This document shows positions 61,333-64,000 of a stretch of 64,000 bases of DNA, piece after piece. This stretch comes from the human T2T-CHM13v2.0 reference genome, Homo sapiens. Made by a program: the position numbers and the translations under genes. The notes beneath the pieces are model-generated. The model saw only the letters and a list, made by a program, of their open reading frames with translations, was not told where the DNA came from and did not search any database. The stretch lies in NCBI RefSeq assembly GCF_009914755.1, contig NC_060939.1, one strand, 5' to 3'. Within the stretch, counting starts at the first letter, position 1, and every line of letters starts with the position of its first letter.

Positions 61333-63774
61333 AATAAATACCCCAGTTCCTAAAAAACGACACTTCTAGATGGATAGGAAAATCTCTAAAGAACCTAGAT
61401 AAAACAGGCACTTCTATGAAATATCTAATAGTTATACTTTAAATTAAATTTAAATAAAAATGAGTATGCTATAGTTACAGCAGAAATCAATTAAAGCATT
61501 AAATATGATTACATTATCCATAAATACATATCAGATAAACATTTCTTTAAATACTATTCTACAATATGGGCAGGCACAGTGGCTCACTCTTGTAATCCCA
61601 GCACTTTGGGAGGCCGAGGAGAGTGATCACCTGAGGTCAGGAGTTCGAGACCACCCTGGCCAACAGGATGAAACCCCATCGCCACAAAAAATACAAAAGT
61701 TAGCAGGGCGTGGTGGCAGGTGCCTGTGTAATCCCAGCTACTCGGGATGCTGGGGTCAGGAGAATCGCTTGAACCCGGGAGGCGGAGGCTGCAGTGAGTC
61801 AAGATCACGCCACTGCACTCCAGCCTGGGTGACAAGAGCAAAACTCTGCCTCAAAAAAACAAACAAACAAACAAAAAAAAACTTTTCTGCAATGGTCTAC
61901 ACATGCTAAGAGCCAAATATTTGCTTAATATCAAACATAAGTAATATCCTAGCAAAGGTATCATAGTCCCAAGAACACAGGAGAGGCTTAATACCATGTT
62001 AAAAATAAACTGGTTACACATAATTTTTTTTAAAAATCAAACTTTAGTATCTCTTATTGTAGCTGAGCAGATGAGTATAAACTATGGCACCACGAAGCCC
62101 TTTCATAAGTAAATTAAATGCAATCAATATGACACAACCATTTGATGGAAAACCAGAAGACTTTGAACCTACATGTCTCCACTTGGTATGCTAATAACTT
62201 CCGCAGAGATAAACACATAAACTTTATTACTAAAAAAAAAAGCACATCATACTACCCTTGGTGTAAATTCATTTTGTTCTATCAACATGATAAATTATCT
62301 TCTTCCTTTAGCAAAAGGCTGTAAGAAACAGTATCTCTTCCTCCAGAACACATATTCAAATCCCGGAGGAGAAAAAACATCCTGAGAATATAAGACAGCT
62401 ATAAAAAGCTCCTGAAGCCAGCCCTTTCTTTCAGCTCCCAGTCTTCTCTTGAATTACCAATTTTTGGGGCTAGGCATAATAGTTCACACCTGTAATCCCA
62501 GCACTTTGGGAGGCTGAGGCGGGCAGATGGCTTGAGCACAGGAGTTCGAGACCTACCTAGGCAACATGGCGAAACCCCGTCTCTACCAAAAAAAACAAAA
62601 ATAATAATAATAACTGATAAAAAATGTTTTTTAATTAATTACCAATTTTTAACAAGTACATTTGAAACAAACTAGTCTATGGGGTAGAAAGACAAACACA
62701 TAGGTCTTCTACTGGCAGATGTGTTAAAGTACGAAGTTAAAGCTGAGAACCAAATAAAGATCAGAAAAACACAGCAGATTGTTTCATAAATATTAACACA
62801 ATACTGAGTTTTCAAATAAACAACTGTGAGTCAAATCAAATGACCAAATATTTATTGGCTTCTACCCTGTACAAGGCACATACTTCAAGATTCCCAGGCT
62901 CCAACGGCATGCATAATTTAAGAGCAATTTATAAGGTGTAAGTTACCCAGATGCAGGCAGTAATGCTTCAAATGAGAACACACTGAAGAACAAATGAAGC
63001 ATCTGACAGCCCCTAACAGGGAGGAAATCTTAGGATTAAGCAATGTTTCATTAACAACTTGGGCAGTGTTTAGGGCTCTCAAATATCCAGTACTCAACAG
63101 ACACCACATGCAGGTGCTGGGGAGGAATCTGATTTACTCCCCGTCCTTCAGTATATTATAAGCAGTGTATTATTTGTTCCCAAGGTACTGTGCAATACAT
63201 CAACTAACAACAGGATGTTAGAACAGAGGAATATAACAAGTATCATGGACGAGGGTGGGGTATCAGCTCCCAAAAAATGAGTCATATGGAAGTGTTATTT
63301 TAGCCAAGATCTTAAGACTATGTGAGAGCCAGCCAAGATGGGAAGAAAAAGCATTATTCTAGACACAGCCAGTCAGTCCAGTTAATCAACAAATATCAGC
63401 TGAACATGTACTATATTCTTCTGTCTTTGGTGCTAGTGATAGAGTTGTACACAAGACAAAGTCCCTGCCTTCAAGGAGTTTACAATTTAGGAGAGAAAAG
63501 TAAACAATCAACATATATATACAGAGACAAATACCTAGATAAGACTTTCAGAGAGCAATGTGTATTACAAGGAAAATAAATCAGAGCAAGAGTAATGGAA
63601 CAGGGATTGCTTAGGGGAACACGGTATCTAATTAAGTAGGTCTGAAGTCTCAGGTCTTCTTTAATCTGAGATGCCAAGATTCAGGGGAAGAAGGATCCTA
63701 ATCAGAAGGAATAGCAAATACAAAAGAATGGAATATAAATAATCCTGGCCAGCGCATATGGGAATTGAATTAGG

Positions 63775-64000
63775 GGGAGAATGGTAGGAGACAAAGTCAG
63801 ATGTAGGTAGTGGCTTCTACCTATTTACCAAAGATGTTTTCTCTTCTTCCTGGGATGTGACTAGTCTGCATCTCCTGGCTTCTCCAAAGTTAGGTGAGAT
63901 CTTGCAACTGAATGGGACCAATAAAATAACAGCCAAAATGTAGGTGCTATATCAGGGTCAATGCTTTTAATCTGTGGGTATTTTCCCCATCCACACTTTC
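63775..64000. mobile_element. Possible MLT1 (MaLR) LTR fragment
   Basis: TTCTCTTCTTCCTGGG...CTGCATCTCCTGGCTTCTCC...GTTAGGTG resembles recalled MLT1 LTRs. Confidence 0.4.

Overview
Human (hominid) genomic DNA, very Alu-dense; the gene order matches the 15q25.2 locus as I recall it. The window holds three genes. (1) Complete RAMAC (FAM103A1/RAM) on +: CpG-island promoter ~2.2-3.1 kb, two non-coding exons and two coding exons that splice into a 118-aa ORF. (2) Complete C15orf40 (UPF0235/DUF167 family) on -: four coding exons, 153 aa, with a first intron that must be GC-AG. (3) The 3' part of BTBD1 on -: five coding exons (BACK-region end and PHR domain) plus the 3' UTR. Mobile DNA includes a TSD-flanked SVA inserted in an Alu tail, a TSD-flanked FABP5 processed pseudogene, a twin-primed 5'-inverted L1PA inside an older L1, nested DNA transposons and dozens of Alus. 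I find no convincing wholly new biological system. The best second-look signals are a 28-nt tRNA-Ile(TAT) 5' fragment with fold-back palindromes at both ends, inverted Alus enclosing the last C15orf40 exon, a possible alternative-start mitochondrial presequence in C15orf40, a BTBD1 exon skip predicted to escape NMD, and a templated fold-back scar in an L1. Exon coordinates were read by hand and checked for frame. Repeat boundaries are approximate and subfamily names come from recalled consensus sequences.
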